From assembly GCA_030835135.1 (NCBI GenBank), contig JAUQWO010000070.1:23548-87547 (forward strand): a stretch of 64,000 nt of DNA. Direction: 5' to 3'. Under the pieces are notes generated by a model. That model saw nothing but the letters and a program-made list of their open reading frames with translations, was not told where the DNA came from and did not search any database. The stretch's first letter is position 1, and every line of letters begins with the position of its first letter. Shown one piece after another: positions 60,862 through 64,000 of the stretch. The translations under genes and the position numbers were made by a program. The stretch comes from Bacteroidota bacterium (lineage in GTDB: Bacteria > Bacteroidota > Ignavibacteria > UBA10030 > UBA6906).

Positions 60862-61332
60862 TCAATCAGTTGGTGTGGAGGACTGATCCCTCGTGCCGAT
60901 GAGGTCCTTGTACGCCCGCTTGTTGGTCGTTGCTTCTGCTGCCAGGCTCGTAAGTGTGCGGGCAGCCAGGTGATTCCGGAGTTTCTGTTGGGCTTCCATC
61001 CAGACGGTATGGACGGGACACCAACCGTCACGGGGACAGATCTTCTCGCCCATGAGGCACTGATTCAGGGAGATCGGCCCTTCCACCGACTCGATGATCT
61101 CCAGAAGCGTGATCATGTCGGCATCACCACTCATCTGGATACCACCGCCGACACCTCGCTGGGTATTGATGAGTCCTGACCGGGAAAGGCTCGAGACGAT
61201 CTTGCGAAGGAACGTCTGTGGTATCTCCCACTCCGCCGCGATGTTCGAGACGTTCGTCGTGGTTCCGGGCGGCAGGCTCGCGAGATGCAGCATCGTTCGT
61301 ACCGCGTATTCTGAAGCTTGAGTAATCTGCAT
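60862..61332 (-). CDS. Rrf2-family Fe-S transcriptional regulator (IscR/NsrR-like)
   Basis: MQITQASEYAVR, RGVGGG, ITLLEIIESVEG, C-x6-C-x5-C-x2-H cluster ligands. Start ATG 61332. Confidence 0.92.
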   Translation of the reverse strand: MQITQASEYAVRTMLHLASLPPGTTTNVSNIAAEWEIPQTFLRKIVSSLSRSGLINTQRGVGGGIQMSGDADMITLLEIIESVEGPISLNQCLMGEKICPRDGWCPVHTVWMEAQQKLRNHLAARTLTSLAAEATTNKRAYKDLIGTRDQSSTPTD

Positions 61333-61383
61333 GAAGGGATCACATCCGTGTAGGTGATCTACTAATGTGCAAGACATATGCCA

Positions 61384-61408
61384 ATAGAAGAGTCTTTTTG
61401 TCTTATAT
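61384..61408. promoter_or_regulatory. IscR-type-1-like operator A
   Basis: ATA-GAA-GAG-N7-GTC-TTA-TAT, 25 bp, same geometry as the IscR type 1 site ATA-N3-GAC-N7-GTC-N3-TAT. Confidence 0.6.
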
Positions 61409-61491
61409 ATAATTGCAGAATTTCCTCATTTTGCGGCACTTCTTGCCTGTGTTACCCATCTCTCATACTATGAAGATTCCTGAAATCAGGA

Positions 61492-61516
61492 AAAGGAGAC
61501 TTCTCTTGTCTTATTT
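61492..61516. promoter_or_regulatory. IscR-type-1-like operator B
   Basis: AAA-GGA-GAC-N7-GTC-TTA-TTT; shares the TTGTCTTAT half-site with operator A. Confidence 0.55.
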
Positions 61517-61544
61517 TCGGGAATCTGTCAATGAGCGTTACCAC

Positions 61545-61577
61545 TTCTCCCGGTGTCCTCAGAGGCGACCGGGAGAA
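61545..61577. terminator. hairpin downstream of the GNAT gene
   Basis: Perfect 10-bp stem TTCTCCCGGT/ACCGGGAGAA. Confidence 0.5.
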
Positions 61578-61788
61578 AGGAGCATGGAGCAACCCTCTTT
61601 GCCTGAAGATCGCCCGGTGTCCATCGCCGGCAACCCACACCGGCGGCGGGATCATCGTAACGACGCACGAGTTCTCACAGGTGAGAATCGTGCTGCGCGC
61701 AGCTTCTCGTTAAGGGACCGAGGGGGGTCGAAGTGTTGTATCAGAAGGGATGAAAGGGATGCGGAGAGAACGCCCGGCGGGCAGGAGA

Positions 61789-62241
61789 TCAGCCGACCGT
61801 CTTCTGAAAGCAGATACTGTTGGCAATGCCGATGAATGGCCCGTAGTTCGGGATCTGCTCATAGCCATGTCTGGCATACAGAGCGAGAGCTTCGGGCTGT
61901 TGTTTGCCGGTTTCGAGGACGCACATGTTCGCACCAAGACCTCTCGACCACTCCTCCAGCTCCGCGAGGATCAATCCGGCGATCCCCTTCCTGCGCCACG
62001 CCGGCAGCACGAACATGCGTTTGACCTCCATCACTCCCTCCTGGAACGGCCGGACCGCACCGCATCCCACCACCCCCCCGTTCGTATACGCCAGCACCAC
62101 GTTTCCCGGGACGTCCGTGGCATTCAACCGGGCGTAGTACGGGTGATCATCTCCATCGATCCGCGCCAGATGGTCATCCAGCAACGCCACCAGATGGAGA
62201 AAATCCGGATTCTCAGGATTCGTCCGAATGAGCCTGATCAT
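61789..62241 (-). CDS. GNAT N-acetyltransferase
   Basis: VGCGA, EVKRMFV.P.WRRKGIA, LETG..QPEA.ALY...GY..IPNYG. Confidence 0.92.
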   Translation of the reverse strand: MIRLIRTNPENPDFLHLVALLDDHLARIDGDDHPYYARLNATDVPGNVVLAYTNGGVVGCGAVRPFQEGVMEVKRMFVLPAWRRKGIAGLILAELEEWSRGLGANMCVLETGKQQPEALALYARHGYEQIPNYGPFIGIANSICFQKTVG

Positions 62242-62290
62242 ACGTTCATGGTCGCTTTCGCTTCAGCTATCGGCCATCAGACATCGGGAT

Positions 62291-63652
62291 TCAGAATTCG
62301 AACACCTCACCACCCGCCAGGACTTCGTGCGTCGTTGGATCGAACGTGACAGCTTTTCCGGTATGCAGTGCGGCGGTGGTCATGATCGTGGAGACCGAGT
62401 GATAGTAGCCCGCCTCGACCGGTGCGTTCGGGGTCTGCCCGCTGCGGATGCATTCGAGCCAGTTCCGCATGTGGAGACTCGTCATGAGATCCACTCCCGT
62501 CGCCGCGGCTGTCTGGGCGCGGACCGACGCGTCGGTGAGCTCCGTCTCCGGCAGCAGGTTCGGCTGTAGACCCATGGCTGACGCCTCGCGTTGCTGCAGG
62601 CCGCCGTTCGCCGTCACCCGGTTCGTGTCGAGGTTGAGTTCGCCCCCGTTCGAATAGTAGATCTCTTTGACCCCGCCGGCGCTGTTGTGCATGCGCGACG
62701 AATACACGACCTGGAACCCCTTCTGATGAGGGTGATCGTACGGACCGAAATCGAACACCGCCGTCATGGTGTCAAAGTTCTTCCTGCCATCATCCCACAT
62801 GTAGATGCCACCATTGGCGGTCACGGTTCGCGGAAACTTGTATCCTGAGAACCAATGCACGGTGTCGATCTGGTGACACATCCACTGTCCGGGGATACCG
62901 GAGGAGTAGGGCCAGAAGAGGCGGTACTCGACGTACTTCCGCGGATCCCACGCTTCGTACGGCCGGCCGATGAGATACCGGCGCCAATCGGTGTCGCTTT
63001 CTTTGATATCCGCCACGAGTGCGGGCCGGCGCCAGCGCCCCGGCTGGTTGATGTTCCACGACATCTCCACCATCGTCATGGGGCCGAATCTCCCCGACGC
63101 AATATACTCCGCCGCCTTCTGGTAGTTCGGACCGCTGCGCCGCTGGGAGCCGACCTGCAGGACGATCTCCGCCTTCTTCACTTCCTCCAGCGCGAGTCGG
63201 TTGTCTCTCATCGTCTCGGCGAACGGCTTCTCCACATACGCGTGCTTGCGGTTCTGCGCCGCCTCCACGGCATGCAGGGCATGCTGGAAGTCGGCAGTAG
63301 AGATGATGACGGCATCGACGTCCCTGTCGGCATACAATTCGTCGTTGTTCCTGTACGCCCGGACGGCCTTGCCCGTTCTATCCTTCACGTACGCAAGTCC
63401 TTCGGCTCTCCTGCGGTTCCAGATGTCCGAAACCCCGATGATCTCGAAATCCAACGCGTCGGCATGAGTCCAGAAGGCCGGCAGCAGCGCATCCTTCGCG
63501 CGGTCAGAGAACCCGACCACGCCGACCGACACCCGGTCATTCGCACCAATGATGCGTGCGTAGCTGGACGCCGTGAATCCCGCACCGCCCAGCATGGCGC
63601 CGGTCACTGCTGCCCCGGCCCCTTTGAGGAACTCTCTCCGCGTGTTCTTCAT
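62291..63652 (-). CDS. Tat-exported Gfo/Idh/MocA oxidoreductase
   Basis: NTRREFLK Tat motif, GANDRVSVGVVG, STADFQHA, YVEKP, QVGSQRRS. Confidence 0.93.
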   Translation of the reverse strand: MKNTRREFLKGAGAAVTGAMLGGAGFTASSYARIIGANDRVSVGVVGFSDRAKDALLPAFWTHADALDFEIIGVSDIWNRRRAEGLAYVKDRTGKAVRAYRNNDELYADRDVDAVIISTADFQHALHAVEAAQNRKHAYVEKPFAETMRDNRLALEEVKKAEIVLQVGSQRRSGPNYQKAAEYIASGRFGPMTMVEMSWNINQPGRWRRPALVADIKESDTDWRRYLIGRPYEAWDPRKYVEYRLFWPYSSGIPGQWMCHQIDTVHWFSGYKFPRTVTANGGIYMWDDGRKNFDTMTAVFDFGPYDHPHQKGFQVVYSSRMHNSAGGVKEIYYSNGGELNLDTNRVTANGGLQQREASAMGLQPNLLPETELTDASVRAQTAAATGVDLMTSLHMRNWLECIRSGQTPNAPVEAGYYHSVSTIMTTAALHTGKAVTFDPTTHEVLAGGEVFEF

Positions 63653-63737
63653 GGATCCCTCTGATGCGTTGATGATCGAGCGATACCGGGACGATCGGGG
63701 GCGTGGCGCCCATGATCGCCCTGGAGCTCATGGTCCG

Positions 63738-64000
63738 TTATGGCAGCTGGCGGAGCTTGATGCTCCGGAACGAGACACGGTTGCCATGGTCCTGCAGGAG
63801 AATATGGCCCCGCGGTGACTCACCGAACGCCGGCCAGACAACGTACTTGCTGTGGTCGACCAGCGCACGCCACATTTGCGTGGCGCGTTCGTACTCCACC
63901 GTCTTGAATCCGTTCAGCCAGTGCTCGACGTGGCGCCCGTTCACGACGATCGTCGCGCGGTTCCATTCGTCGATCCCGTTGAATCGCACATGCTGTGGCG
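63738..64000 (-). CDS. DUF1080 (3-keto-glycoside hydrolase-like) protein, C-terminal part (runs off window end)
   Basis: WN..TIVVNG.HVEHWLNG..VEYE, GHILLQDHG..V.FRSIKLR.L. Confidence 0.88.
   Translation of the reverse strand, partial: PQHVRFNGIDEWNRATIVVNGRHVEHWLNGFKTVEYERATQMWRALVDHSKYVVWPAFGESPRGHILLQDHGNRVSFRSIKLRQLP

Overview
Bacterial genomic window, GC-rich and almost fully coding. It probably comes from an Ignavibacteria-like FCB lineage (inference): five proteins carry NYPNPFN-type T9SS C-terminal sorting domains, while the promoters are canonical TTGACA-N17-TAnnnT and the RBSs are AGGAG-type. 1-7.8 kb is an accessory, decaying region: hydrolases, a transposase-like remnant, an eroded zeta-type toxin with its intact partner, a GH120 with an inserted CBM6, and two copies of a structured ~100-nt non-coding element showing covariation. 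8-16 kb holds NmrA, a UroD-family protein, a secreted NagZ-type GH3 and a heparinase II/III-like multidomain protein. 16.4-22.8 kb is a Mn/peroxide module (TonB receptor, MntR box, mntR, perR-like, katG). 23-36.5 kb holds fkp, a pectinesterase, an autoregulated wHTH/DUF4153 operon, a YncE-phosphoesterase, a CoADR-rhodanese sulfur module and an SGNH hydrolase. 36.8-48.4 kb is a cluster of T9SS cargo genes plus a TonB receptor/DUF4249 pair. 48.5-61.3 kb is the most notable feature: a 14-gene co-oriented respiratory operon. It is headed by an Fe-S Rrf2 regulator with two IscR-type-1-like sites and interleaves a GltD/NfnB-like flavin/Fe-S oxidoreductase, a b6-type Rieske/cytochrome b complex, penta- and diheme cytochromes c, and a cbb3 oxidase with an apparently split CcoP and its maturation genes. 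I saw no tRNA, rRNA, CRISPR array or intact mobile element. All family assignments come from motif recognition by eye; no database searches were run.
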